Source: an uncultured Gaiellaceae bacterium (GTDB taxonomy: Bacteria; Actinomycetota; Thermoleophilia; Gaiellales; Gaiellaceae). From it: a DNA stretch of 64,000 nucleotides. Where the stretch lies: assembly GCA_963829845.1 (NCBI GenBank), contig CAWHKD010000012.1, forward strand, positions 31,859 through 95,858, written 5' to 3'. The stretch's first letter is position 1, and each line of letters opens with the position of its first letter. This document shows positions 54,686-63,689 of the stretch, piece after piece. The notes beneath the pieces were generated by a model. It saw nothing but the letters and a program-made list of their open reading frames with translations. It searched no databases and was not told the DNA's origin. A program made the position numbers and the translations under genes.

Positions 54686-56446
54686 TTGGCTCTCGGGCTT
54701 TCGAAACTGCTGATCGCGGCCGCGAGTGCGCTCGACCGTCGCTTCGGCTGGGACCGGTTGCCGTTGCCGCTCGGCGTATTCACGCTCTCCGGTCTGAGGA
54801 CTCAGCTCCGCGAGGAGAACCTCTACGACACCGGGCCGGGTGGCGCGAAGCCGCCTCCCGCCAGCGGCCCGCATGACTCGCGGACGACGGACGGGAGCTA
54901 CAACGACATCGGCAGCCCCGCGATGGGGATGATCGGCGCGCGCTTCGGCCGCAACGTCCCGCTCGGGAACACCGACCCCGAGACGTTGCCAGGCGTGCTC
55001 GAGCCGAACCCGCGCCTCGTCAGCCGCCGGCTTCTGACGCGCGAGGAGTTCAAGCCCGCCACGATCGTGAACGTCCTCGCCGGAGCGTGGCTCCAGTTCG
55101 AGGTGCACGACTGGTTCAGCCATGGCACGAACCTGCCCGAGGAGCCCTTCGAGCTCGAAATCGCCGATGACGACCCGTGGGCCGAGCGTCCGATGCGGAT
55201 CGAGCGCACGCGCACGGATCCGTTCCCGGACGAGAACGGCGGCCCGGCGACCTGGGTGACGACCGACTCGCATTGGTGGGACGGCTCGCAGATCTACGGC
55301 AGCGAGCCGGCGCTGACGAGCGCACTCCGCGAGCACGCGGGCGGCCGGCTCCGCCTCGATCCGGACGGCCAGCTGCCGCGCGACCTCGACGCCAAGCTCG
55401 ACCTTACCGGCGTCGCCGGGAACTTCTGGCTCGGGCTGGCGCTCCTGCACACGCTCTTCACCCGCGAGCACAACGCGATCGCCGACCGGCTTGCCGCCGA
55501 GCATCCGGCGTGGACGGACGAGGAGCTTTTCGCGAAGGCACGCCTGATCACGGCGGCGCTGATGGCGAAGATCCACACGGTTGAATGGACCCCGGCAATC
55601 ATCGCGCATCCAACCACGAAGTACGGAATGCGGGCGAACTGGTACGGGATCCTCGGGAAACGGCTCGGCAAGCGAACCTCGAACGAGGTCCTCGGCGGTA
55701 TTCCCGGCTCGGCGACCAACCACCACGGCGTGCCGTACTCGCTGACCGAGGAGTTCGTCGCCGTCTATCGGATGCACCCGCTCCTCCCCGACGACTTCAC
55801 CTTCCGCTCGATCGAGACGGACAAGGTCCTGCAGGAGCGGACGTTCCGGGAGCTCGGTGTCCGAGACGTCCGCGCCCGCCTCGACGAGGTCGGCTTCGTC
55901 GACTCGTTCTACTCGTTCGGGATTGCGCACCCCGGCGCGATCACCCTGCACAACTACCCGCGCTTCCTGCAGGAGCTGCACAAGCCGGACGGCAGCGTCG
56001 TCGACCTCGCGGCCATCGACGTGCTCAGGATCCGGGAGCGCGGCGTGCCCCGCTACAACGAGTTCCGGCGTCTCTTCCACCTGAAGCCTGCGACCACGTT
56101 CGAGGAGCTGACGGACAACCCGGCCTGGGCGGCGGAGCTGCGAGATGTGTACGGCGACGTCGAGCAGGTCGACCTGATGGTCGGGCTCTACGCGGAGCCG
56201 CTGCCGAAGGGATTCGGCTTCAGCGACACGGCCTTCCGCGTCTTCATTCTGATGGCGTCGCGGCGGCTGAAGAGCGACCGCTTCTTCACGCGCGACTACA
56301 ACGCGGCGACGTACACGCAGACCGGGCTCGACTGGATCGACGAGACGAGCATGAGCGACGTGCTGCTGCGGCACTACCCGGCGCTGGCGCCGGCGCTGCG
56401 CGGCATCGACAACGCCTTCGCGCCGTGGACCCGAGTGTCCGGATGA
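54686..56446 (+). CDS. haem peroxidase-cyclooxygenase superfamily protein, plant fatty-acid alpha-dioxygenase-like
   Basis: ORF 54617..56446 trimmed to TTG 54686, with GAAGGAGG 5 nt upstream. AWLQFEVHDWFSH (distal His), LFTREHNAI, AKIHTVEWTP (proximal His), GVPYSLTEEFVAVYRMHPLLP (catalytic Tyr context), and RERGVPRYNEFRR. Collinear with my recollection of Arabidopsis alpha-DOX1. Confidence 0.85.
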   Translation: MALGLSKLLIAAASALDRRFGWDRLPLPLGVFTLSGLRTQLREENLYDTGPGGAKPPPASGPHDSRTTDGSYNDIGSPAMGMIGARFGRNVPLGNTDPETLPGVLEPNPRLVSRRLLTREEFKPATIVNVLAGAWLQFEVHDWFSHGTNLPEEPFELEIADDDPWAERPMRIERTRTDPFPDENGGPATWVTTDSHWWDGSQIYGSEPALTSALREHAGGRLRLDPDGQLPRDLDAKLDLTGVAGNFWLGLALLHTLFTREHNAIADRLAAEHPAWTDEELFAKARLITAALMAKIHTVEWTPAIIAHPTTKYGMRANWYGILGKRLGKRTSNEVLGGIPGSATNHHGVPYSLTEEFVAVYRMHPLLPDDFTFRSIETDKVLQERTFRELGVRDVRARLDEVGFVDSFYSFGIAHPGAITLHNYPRFLQELHKPDGSVVDLAAIDVLRIRERGVPRYNEFRRLFHLKPATTFEELTDNPAWAAELRDVYGDVEQVDLMVGLYAEPLPKGFGFSDTAFRVFILMASRRLKSDRFFTRDYNAATYTQTGLDWIDETSMSDVLLRHYPALAPALRGIDNAFAPWTRVSG

Positions 56447-57153
56447 GAGAGCTCGCTCCCGGCGTGCACATGCTCGGCGCCAAGAAGGGCGGGCGTGTCC
56501 GCGCCTACCTGATCGAGACGCACGGGGAGCTCTGGCTCGTCGACACGCTCTTCGAGAACGATGCCGGCGGCGTGCTCGACGCGATCAGGCGGCTCGGCCG
56601 CAAGCCGTCCGAGCTGAAGCGGATCGTGCTCACGCACGCGCACCGCTCCCACCTGGGCGGGGTCGCCGCACTGAAGCGCGAGACCGGCGCGGCGGTGCTG
56701 TCGCACGAATGGGAAGCGGACATCATCTCCGGCGACAGGCCCGCCCAGTCCGTCGGCCTCAAGCCGACCGCGCCGTTCCGCACCTATCCGTTTCAGGTCG
56801 GGATCTTCCTCAACCGACCGAAGCACCGGCCGGTCCCGATCGACGAGAGCGTCGGCGACGGCGACGCGGTCGGCCCACTCGAGGTGCTGTACGCGCCCGG
56901 GCACTCGCCTGGGCACCTCGCCTTCCACTGGGCCGAGCGCCGGCTGCTGCTCTCCGGCGACGCGATCGCCACCTGGCCGCGCTTCGAGGCGGGGTGGCCG
57001 GCGTTCACGATCAACCCGGAGCAGCATGCGAAGTCGATTCGCCGCATGGCATCGCTCGACGCCGGCATCGTCGGCGTCGGCCACGGCGACCCGATCACAG
57101 ACGGCGCCGCCGACCGGGTACACGCTCTCGTCGCGCCGGCCGAGTCCAGCTAG
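56443..57153 (+). CDS. MBL-fold metallo-hydrolase
   Basis: ATG 56443 overlaps the peroxidase stop (ATGA). THAHRSHLGG, APGHSPGH and GHGD metal-ligand motifs. Confidence 0.85.
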   Translation: MRELAPGVHMLGAKKGGRVRAYLIETHGELWLVDTLFENDAGGVLDAIRRLGRKPSELKRIVLTHAHRSHLGGVAALKRETGAAVLSHEWEADIISGDRPAQSVGLKPTAPFRTYPFQVGIFLNRPKHRPVPIDESVGDGDAVGPLEVLYAPGHSPGHLAFHWAERRLLLSGDAIATWPRFEAGWPAFTINPEQHAKSIRRMASLDAGIVGVGHGDPITDGAADRVHALVAPAESS

Positions 57154-57500
57154 GCGCGCGGCGTCACGAACTCGATCAGGTTCCCGAAGGGGTCGCGGAC
57201 GAAGAACCGCTCCCGGCCGCCGACGGGACGCGCGCCCTCGATCTCGTAGCCGGAGTCGGCGAGCCGCTCCCGGGCGCCGTCCAGCCCGTCGACCTCGAGC
57301 GCGAAGTGGTGCTGTGCGCTCGCGTCCGCGCGCGGACCGGCGATCACGTGAAGCTCGAGGTCGCCGGCACGCCCGAGTCCGTAGACGAGCGCCCGTTCGG
57401 AGGCGTAGAGCTCGGACAGCCCGAGCGCATCCCGGTAGAACACCCGGGCGGCTTCGATCTCCTCCGGCTCAACGGTGATCCCGACGTGCTGGAGCCTCAT
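57150..57500 (-). CDS. VOC/glyoxalase family protein
   Basis: ORF 57150..58325 trimmed to ATG 57500, which overlaps the upstream stop (ATGA). MRLQHVGITV...HFALEV...FVRDPFGNLIEF. Confidence 0.82.
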   Translation of the reverse strand: MRLQHVGITVEPEEIEAARVFYRDALGLSELYASERALVYGLGRAGDLELHVIAGPRADASAQHHFALEVDGLDGARERLADSGYEIEGARPVGGRERFFVRDPFGNLIEFVTPRA

Positions 57501-60500
57501 CTCTCCTCTCTCGTGCATGCACCCTCGACCGGTGTGCGGACGTGGCGGATGTTCTCCCACGCCTTCGCCTGCGGGAGCAGGTCGAAGCGGGAGAGTGCGA
57601 GCGGGAGCCCGGTGCGAGCGCGCATCTCGGCCGAGTGGATCCAGAAGCCTACGAACGCCTCCACGTTGGCCCTCGGGTTGAGGCGGCGCAGCTGCCAGAA
57701 GAACTTGCCTGTCTGCGACTGCTGGTCGACGACGACCTGGTCGGAGACGCTCCACCACAGCTGCAAGGGCACGCACGACCCGGCGATCCTGCGGGCGTAG
57801 GTCACCGGGCTGCGGGCTGCGTAAGCGGCGGCCCGCGTTCCCGGCCCGCCGCCGATCTCGCGGCGCGCGATCTTGCGCAGGGTCGAGCCGAACTGCGTAC
57901 CGAGCAGCACCCGACAGGCGTTCTTGCAGCGGACGCGGTCGAAGTTCCGGTACTGGAGCGCCAGATCGGTCACTGACGAGAATGCCGCCGCGCCCGCGAG
58001 CAGGTCCGGATGTCGGGCCACCAGCAACAACGTCTCCTGGCCGCCCATGCTGCCGCCGAACGCATAGATCCGGCTGCGGTCGATCCGTAGCCAGGGCAGG
58101 GTCGTGCGCAGGACCTCGGGCATCCGCGCGAGATCGGCGATCTGGCCGCCGTACCCCCAGGAGTGACCGGCCACGCGCCTGCCGCGCGCATCCGGGTTGA
58201 TCACGGCGAAGGAGCCGCGGCCGGGCAGGTTGCCCCACAGAACCGAGTTCGCGTGGCCGTTCAGCCCCCGTCCGTGCGGCGAGATCACGAGTGGCAGCGG
58301 CGGGTTGGCCGCAGGCCCGTACCACGATGGAAGCACCACGGTCGCGGTGCTCACGTGCCCGTCATGTGCGAGATAGCGAATCTTCAGCCGCCTGACCGCG
58401 GTCAGGCCCGCCGACGACGCCGGGCGGCGGCTTCCGTAGCGGACGACCACGTCGACGCGGCCGGTGTGGCCGCTGAGGTCGATCGTCTCGCCGACAGTTT
58501 CGCCTTCCGGAAGCTCGAGCGGCTCCCCGTTCACCGTCACCGACTCGACGCGCTGACCTCGCGGCAGCCTCACGCGGAGCTTCAGCGTCTTCGGAGCGGG
58601 ACGCGCGGGGATCTCGACGGTCGCACTGATCGTGTCGCTGCGTGCGACGAGCGCGTACGAGACCGGCCCGAAGCTGGTCGGCGCGCGGCGAACGATGATC
58701 TGGCGTCCCGCCCGGAGCCACGGCCGCGGGGTTGCGAACGCCAACTCGAGCCCGGTCGGCGCGCCCTCTTCGTCGCGGCTCTCGTGGACGAGCAGTGACC
58801 TCAGCGTCTGCAGAAATGCCGCGTTGCTCGCGCCGTTCGGCGGCAGGTACATCGAGCGAAAGTGGCTGCCGCGGAGAGGGGCGACGCTCGCAGCCTCGCC
58901 GGAGACGAACGTGTCAGGCGTCATCGCCACAGCGAGCGTGCCGTAGAGGCTGAGTACGAGCTGGTCGGCGGCATCGCCGTCGGCCAAGAAGCGGGCGACG
59001 TTGATTCCGTAGACCTGGTCGGTCCCGGAGACTGGGTAGACCGGCTGCTCGTAGAGCGCGTAGGCGCCCGCGCGCACGACACCGAGCAGCCGCGATCCGT
59101 GGCGGAGCATGTACTTGAGCGCGCCCGTCGCCTCGGGGCTCCCGGGGGCGAAGATCCCCGATGCGAGCGCGTACGGCATGACGAGGTTCCAGTAGCTGCC
59201 GAGGCGCGCCTGCGTGAGCGAGGCGTAGGCGGGCTCGCGGTCGAGCAGCCGCGCCGGGATGAAGAGCGAGCCGTCGCCGAGCCGCCGCTGCGAGGAGGCG
59301 ACCGCGCGCCGAAGACCGGCCTCGAGACGCTTCGCGAGCGCCGCGCAGCGCCGCGCCAGCTCGGCGTCTCCCGTCTCCGCCCAGACGCGCCCCATTGCCC
59401 GCAGGCCCTGCCAGACGGTTGCCTGGGAATGCAGGCCGAGCACGTGCTCGGGGATGTCCGACGAGTAGCGCTCCCGGCCAAGGAGCCCCGTGCCGCTCGC
59501 AGCGATCTGGCGTCCGAGCTGGTCGACGTAGCTGCGGAGTGTGGGCGTCGCTCCGTCGATGTAGGCCCGATCGCGCGTCAGCCGGTAGTGGAGCGCCGAC
59601 CCCACGAGCCGCTTTCCCATCTTCCAGTTCGGATAGGGCTCGTCCTTTCGCGTCAGCGAGGTCCGCATGATCGACCGCGCGACGGCGGCGTAGCCGAGCT
59701 CGCCCATCACCTCGGCGACGTCGACTCCCTCCGGGAAGGAGAACTGCTCGTACGGGTTGCCGACGCTGTACCGCCAGGTGAGAAGCAGGTTCTGGATCAG
59801 CAGGTTGCGATACGCGTCGTTGACCCGCCGCTCGGGGACGACGATCTGCGTACCCTCGGTCAGGCGCCCGTTCCAGTAGGCGACGACGGCGCGGCGGGCG
59901 CGCTCGTAGCGGGTCGCGTCGACGGCGAGGGTCCGCCGCCCCGGGTAGTTGATCCAGGCGAGGTAGAGCGTCCGCCGAGCGCCGCGCTTGATCCGGTACG
60001 TCAGCACCGAACGCTTGACCGTGCCGCCGCGACTGAAGGCGAGCACGGTCCGAAGCTTGCGCACCGATGGCTTCAGCCTTACCTGGACGGCTCTCCCCGA
60101 GGCGCGCCGCGCGTCGACGTCGAGCCGGATGAAGCTGACCAGCGAGCCCGTCTCGGACGTCTGCACCGCGAACGATTCCTGGCGGTAGCGCACGCGCGCC
60201 GAATCGGTGTACGTCGTCGACAGGATCGGCAGGTAGCCGCTTCCCAGGCGAGCCTGTCCGAGCCGCGCGACACACGAGCCGTAGCGCTCGCGACCCTTGG
60301 CGCCGACGAGGATCGTCAGGCGCCTGCCGCCGACGCGCTCGGCGATCACCTGGCTTCCGTCGGCGACGTGCAGTGCGACCGAGCCGGCGCCGCGGGCGCC
60401 GAGCGGCTGCCCGAACGGCACGTAGTAGACGCCGGAATCGGTCAGGGCTCTCTTGCCGGGCGCGCGGGCGTAGAGCAGCGGCGGCAGCAGGCGCCGCGCA

Positions 60501-60709
60501 GCCTCGTAGCTCGGGCCGTCCGGCGCACTGAGGAGCGCGTTTCCCCAGACGTCGTGACGCGTGCGAAGGGCGCGTTCGACGCTCCTCGTGTGCGCAGCGG
60601 TCGCGCGCGGCGCCGCGCAGCCGGACGTCTTCGTGGCCGCCTGTTCTGCACGTCCAACGACGACCGCCACGGCCGCGACGAGCGCTGCGATCGCGAGCAC
60701 CGGACGCAC
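57497..60709 (-). CDS. 1070-aa secreted fusion: large helical (possibly six-hairpin/toroid) N-domain plus C-terminal alpha/beta-hydrolase (esterase/peptidase S9-like)
   Basis: Signal peptide MRPVLAIAALVAAVAVVVG. The C-terminal ~300 aa carry the nucleophile elbow GGSMGG, WWSVSDQVV and WIHSAE. The N-domain fold call is only an impression from its repetitive helical character. Confidence 0.7.
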   Translation of the reverse strand: MRPVLAIAALVAAVAVVVGRAEQAATKTSGCAAPRATAAHTRSVERALRTRHDVWGNALLSAPDGPSYEAARRLLPPLLYARAPGKRALTDSGVYYVPFGQPLGARGAGSVALHVADGSQVIAERVGGRRLTILVGAKGRERYGSCVARLGQARLGSGYLPILSTTYTDSARVRYRQESFAVQTSETGSLVSFIRLDVDARRASGRAVQVRLKPSVRKLRTVLAFSRGGTVKRSVLTYRIKRGARRTLYLAWINYPGRRTLAVDATRYERARRAVVAYWNGRLTEGTQIVVPERRVNDAYRNLLIQNLLLTWRYSVGNPYEQFSFPEGVDVAEVMGELGYAAVARSIMRTSLTRKDEPYPNWKMGKRLVGSALHYRLTRDRAYIDGATPTLRSYVDQLGRQIAASGTGLLGRERYSSDIPEHVLGLHSQATVWQGLRAMGRVWAETGDAELARRCAALAKRLEAGLRRAVASSQRRLGDGSLFIPARLLDREPAYASLTQARLGSYWNLVMPYALASGIFAPGSPEATGALKYMLRHGSRLLGVVRAGAYALYEQPVYPVSGTDQVYGINVARFLADGDAADQLVLSLYGTLAVAMTPDTFVSGEAASVAPLRGSHFRSMYLPPNGASNAAFLQTLRSLLVHESRDEEGAPTGLELAFATPRPWLRAGRQIIVRRAPTSFGPVSYALVARSDTISATVEIPARPAPKTLKLRVRLPRGQRVESVTVNGEPLELPEGETVGETIDLSGHTGRVDVVVRYGSRRPASSAGLTAVRRLKIRYLAHDGHVSTATVVLPSWYGPAANPPLPLVISPHGRGLNGHANSVLWGNLPGRGSFAVINPDARGRRVAGHSWGYGGQIADLARMPEVLRTTLPWLRIDRSRIYAFGGSMGGQETLLLVARHPDLLAGAAAFSSVTDLALQYRNFDRVRCKNACRVLLGTQFGSTLRKIARREIGGGPGTRAAAYAARSPVTYARRIAGSCVPLQLWWSVSDQVVVDQQSQTGKFFWQLRRLNPRANVEAFVGFWIHSAEMRARTGLPLALSRFDLLPQAKAWENIRHVRTPVEGACTREER

Positions 60710-60762
60710 AGCGTCATTGATATCGGGCTGCGCCGGCAGGCGCCAGTGGCAACGAGACCGCG

Positions 60763-62469
60763 TCAGCGCCGACTGACGCGCTCACAGTGGCGGAGCACGT
60801 CCTTGCGGTCGGCAACGACGACGTCGATCTCCGTGCCGCAGTCGACGACGTCACGCTCGCCGTCGCGGACGCGGACCGTGTCGCCGCCCCCGCCGCCGAA
60901 GACGCTGTCGCGCCCCGGCCCCGCGACGACGATGTCGACACCGCTGCCCGCCTCGATCGTGTCGTTCCCGCCACGGCCGTCGATGAAGTCCCACCCCGGG
61001 CGGCCGCAGATCCACTCGCCTCGCCGCGTCCCGATCAGCCGGTCCGCGGCCCAGGTGCCGAGCACGTCGCACGGCGATACCTCGCGCAGCACCGCGACTG
61101 TGTCGTCGGTCGGATCGACGTCTCCGCCGCCCGCGTACGACGTGGATGCCGTCACCCGGGTCCGGCCCGGGCCCGCGAACGTCGTCCGGCCCTGCAGCGC
61201 GAGCTCGCGGCCGGGCTCGAGGTCGCCGAGCGGACATGCCAAGCGCGGCCCGGGTCCGCACCGCAGCTCGGGCACCGCGAGGGTGCCCTGCGTCGCCTCC
61301 AGCGAGAGCTGAACATCCCGAAGCATCCGCGTCCCGTCGTTTCTGAGGGTGATCGTGAGCGGCAGCACGCCGCGATGGCTGACCTCGGCGAGGGGAGTCC
61401 GCAGCCGGACGATCACGGACGAGCACTCCATTCGGCCGACCGACACGACCGCCCCGGGACGCCAGAGCGGTGAGGAGTTGCCGAACGGGCCGCGCCACGG
61501 CGTCTCGCAGGAACCGTCGGCGTTCATGACCATGAACGGCCCCTCGGCGCGCGCCCGACGGAACATGAGCCGCGAGCCGTCCGGCCACCAGGACGGGCGG
61601 AACGAGCCTGCCGTCCCGCCGGCGTAGAGCTCGTCGCCTGCGACGCCGGTGAGCCGCGCCAGGCCGCTTCCGTCTGCCCCGACCGACCAGATCTCCGTGC
61701 GCGCCGGCACGCCGAACCGGTCCTGGAGCTCAGGAAACAGCTGTCGCCGAGTGAAGGCGATTTTGCTTCCGTCGGGCGACCACGCCGGCCACTGCACGCT
61801 GGCCTCGCTCCGGATCGCGCGCGACGGAAGCACGGTGCGACGGTCGCTTCCGTCCGGACGGATGACGTCGATCCCGTCCGCGCGCGGCACGGCCAGCAGG
61901 CTGCCGTCGGGAGACCAGGCCAGCTCGGATCCTGTCACCGGCAGTACCTGTGACACGCCCGTCCGAACGTCGACGACCGCTCTGTTCAGGGTTCGGGTGC
62001 TGTAGGCGAGCAGGAAGCCGGTCGGCTGGAGCACAGGAGGAAAGTTGAGGTCCGCCTGCTGGACGAGCAGGCGCTCCGACCCGCCGTCGACCGGCAGGAT
62101 GCGGATCGACCAGAACGAGCTTCTCGCGGCCAGGCTGTAGACGACGACGTCGCTCGACGTGATCCACGTGACCGACGCCCAGACCTCGCTGTTCGGCTGG
62201 CGCGCGACCTCTCGCACGCCGGTCCCGTCAGCAGCCGCGACGAAGAGACCCCGCTCGGTGTCCGATTGGCGCAGGAACGCCAGTCGCGTCCCATCCGGCG
62301 ACCAGTCCGCCGAAGGCGTGAAGCCGCCCAGCGACGTGGCCACGGTCCCTGAGCTGTCGGCCAGGCGCAGATCGCCGCCGGTGCCGATCACGAGCGCGTC
62401 CGGCGCAGTCGCAGCGACCGCCGACGACGCAAGCAAGAGCGACAGCGCGAGGACCGCGATGTTGCGCAT
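60763..62469 (-). CDS. secreted TolB-like beta-propeller protein with a CARDB/DUF11-like module and an RTX-type Ca-binding C-terminus
   Basis: Signal peptide. Repeated WSPDGS/WSPDGT propeller motifs. C-terminal GGNDTIEAGSGVDIVVAGPGRDSVFGGGGGDTV nonapeptide-like repeats. Confidence 0.78.
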   Translation of the reverse strand: MRNIAVLALSLLLASSAVAATAPDALVIGTGGDLRLADSSGTVATSLGGFTPSADWSPDGTRLAFLRQSDTERGLFVAAADGTGVREVARQPNSEVWASVTWITSSDVVVYSLAARSSFWSIRILPVDGGSERLLVQQADLNFPPVLQPTGFLLAYSTRTLNRAVVDVRTGVSQVLPVTGSELAWSPDGSLLAVPRADGIDVIRPDGSDRRTVLPSRAIRSEASVQWPAWSPDGSKIAFTRRQLFPELQDRFGVPARTEIWSVGADGSGLARLTGVAGDELYAGGTAGSFRPSWWPDGSRLMFRRARAEGPFMVMNADGSCETPWRGPFGNSSPLWRPGAVVSVGRMECSSVIVRLRTPLAEVSHRGVLPLTITLRNDGTRMLRDVQLSLEATQGTLAVPELRCGPGPRLACPLGDLEPGRELALQGRTTFAGPGRTRVTASTSYAGGGDVDPTDDTVAVLREVSPCDVLGTWAADRLIGTRRGEWICGRPGWDFIDGRGGNDTIEAGSGVDIVVAGPGRDSVFGGGGGDTVRVRDGERDVVDCGTEIDVVVADRKDVLRHCERVSRR

Positions 62470-62522
62470 CCTGCAAACGTACGCCGCTCGCGTGAAGGCG
62501 GTGAGAGGAATTCGTTAGGAAG

Positions 62523-63689
62523 CTACGCCTGCGGGATGCGGGCCTCGAGGGCCGCGCCGAGCGCCTCGCGCACCGGCTCGAGCTCGATCCGGTCGAGCAC
62601 GTCCTGGAAGAAGCCGCGCACGATCAGGCGCTCGGCCTCGGCGCGCGAGAGACCGCGGGCCATCAGGTAGAAGAGTTGCTCGCGGTCGACCTGGCCGAGC
62701 GTCGCCCCGTGCGTGCAGCGGACGTCGTTCGCCATGATCTCGAGCCCGGGGATCGAGTCGGCGTGCGCCGACTTCGAGAGGAGCAGGTTGCGGTTCTCCT
62801 GGTACGCATTCGTCCTCTGCGCGTCCTCCTCGACGCGGATCATCCCGCGCCAGACCGCACTCGACTCGTCGTTGAGGACGCCCTTGAAGGCGAAGTCGGA
62901 CGTCGTGTTCGGCGCGATGTGCTCCTGAAAGGTGTCGTAGTCGAGGTGCTGGACGCCGTCGGCGAAGTAGGCGCCTGTGACGCGAGAGGTCGCCCCAGGC
63001 CCGGCGAGGTCGTTCTGGATCCGGATCTTGCCCTTCTTGGAGCCGAAGCCGCCCGCGACCCAGTCGAGCTCTGCGTCGCGCCCGATCAGCGCGTGGTGGG
63101 TGCCGAAGTGCCAGGTCTCGCGGCTGACGTTCTGCACCGAGACGTACTCGACCTTGGCGCCGTCCTCGACGAAGATCTCGACCGCGGCGTTCAGGTAGCC
63201 AGACAGCTCGGGATCCGTCGACGCGTACTCCTCGATCACGGAGACGCGGCTGCCCGGCTCGGCGACGATCAGCAGCCGCCAGAAGAGGGAGCCGCCCTCG
63301 ATCGAGTTCGTGATCCGCACGAGCAGCGGCTGCTCCAACGCGACGCCCTTCGGGACGTGCACGAGCAGGCCGTGCTCCCACTCGGCGGCGTTGTGGGCGG
63401 CGAACTTCTCCTCCGAGCCGACGAGCTCGCCCAGGCGCGGATGCTCGCCCAGCCGCTCGAAACGGATCCCCTCGGGCGCGCGGTCGATCTCGAGGCCGGC
63501 CTCGGAGACCCGGACGACGCCCGCAGCCTCGAGCTCGAGCATCGCCGGCGCAGCGACGACCTCGGTGGCGCCGTTCGCCGAGAACGCCTCCGGATCGAAG
63601 TCCTTCAGGTCGGTGAAGCGCCACGACTCGTCCTTCGTGGTCGGCAGCGGCAGCGCGCGGTAGCGCTCGAGCTCGTCGGTCCTCGTCAT
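62523..63689 (-). CDS. sufD: Fe-S cluster assembly protein SufD
   Basis: ORF 62523..63932 trimmed to ATG 63689. ESWRFTDL opening and ...NAYQENRNLLLSKSAHADSIPGLEIMANDVRCTHGATLGQVDREQLFYLMARG. Confidence 0.9.
   Translation of the reverse strand: MTRTDELERYRALPLPTTKDESWRFTDLKDFDPEAFSANGATEVVAAPAMLELEAAGVVRVSEAGLEIDRAPEGIRFERLGEHPRLGELVGSEEKFAAHNAAEWEHGLLVHVPKGVALEQPLLVRITNSIEGGSLFWRLLIVAEPGSRVSVIEEYASTDPELSGYLNAAVEIFVEDGAKVEYVSVQNVSRETWHFGTHHALIGRDAELDWVAGGFGSKKGKIRIQNDLAGPGATSRVTGAYFADGVQHLDYDTFQEHIAPNTTSDFAFKGVLNDESSAVWRGMIRVEEDAQRTNAYQENRNLLLSKSAHADSIPGLEIMANDVRCTHGATLGQVDREQLFYLMARGLSRAEAERLIVRGFFQDVLDRIELEPVREALGAALEARIPQA

Noticed and set aside
43100-62500. Genomic island between the two suf pieces
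   Set aside because: No integrase, transposase, tRNA or flanking direct repeats are present. I see no obvious shift in base composition or codon bias by eye, and the block contains the core gene ettA. I report it only as a synteny oddity.
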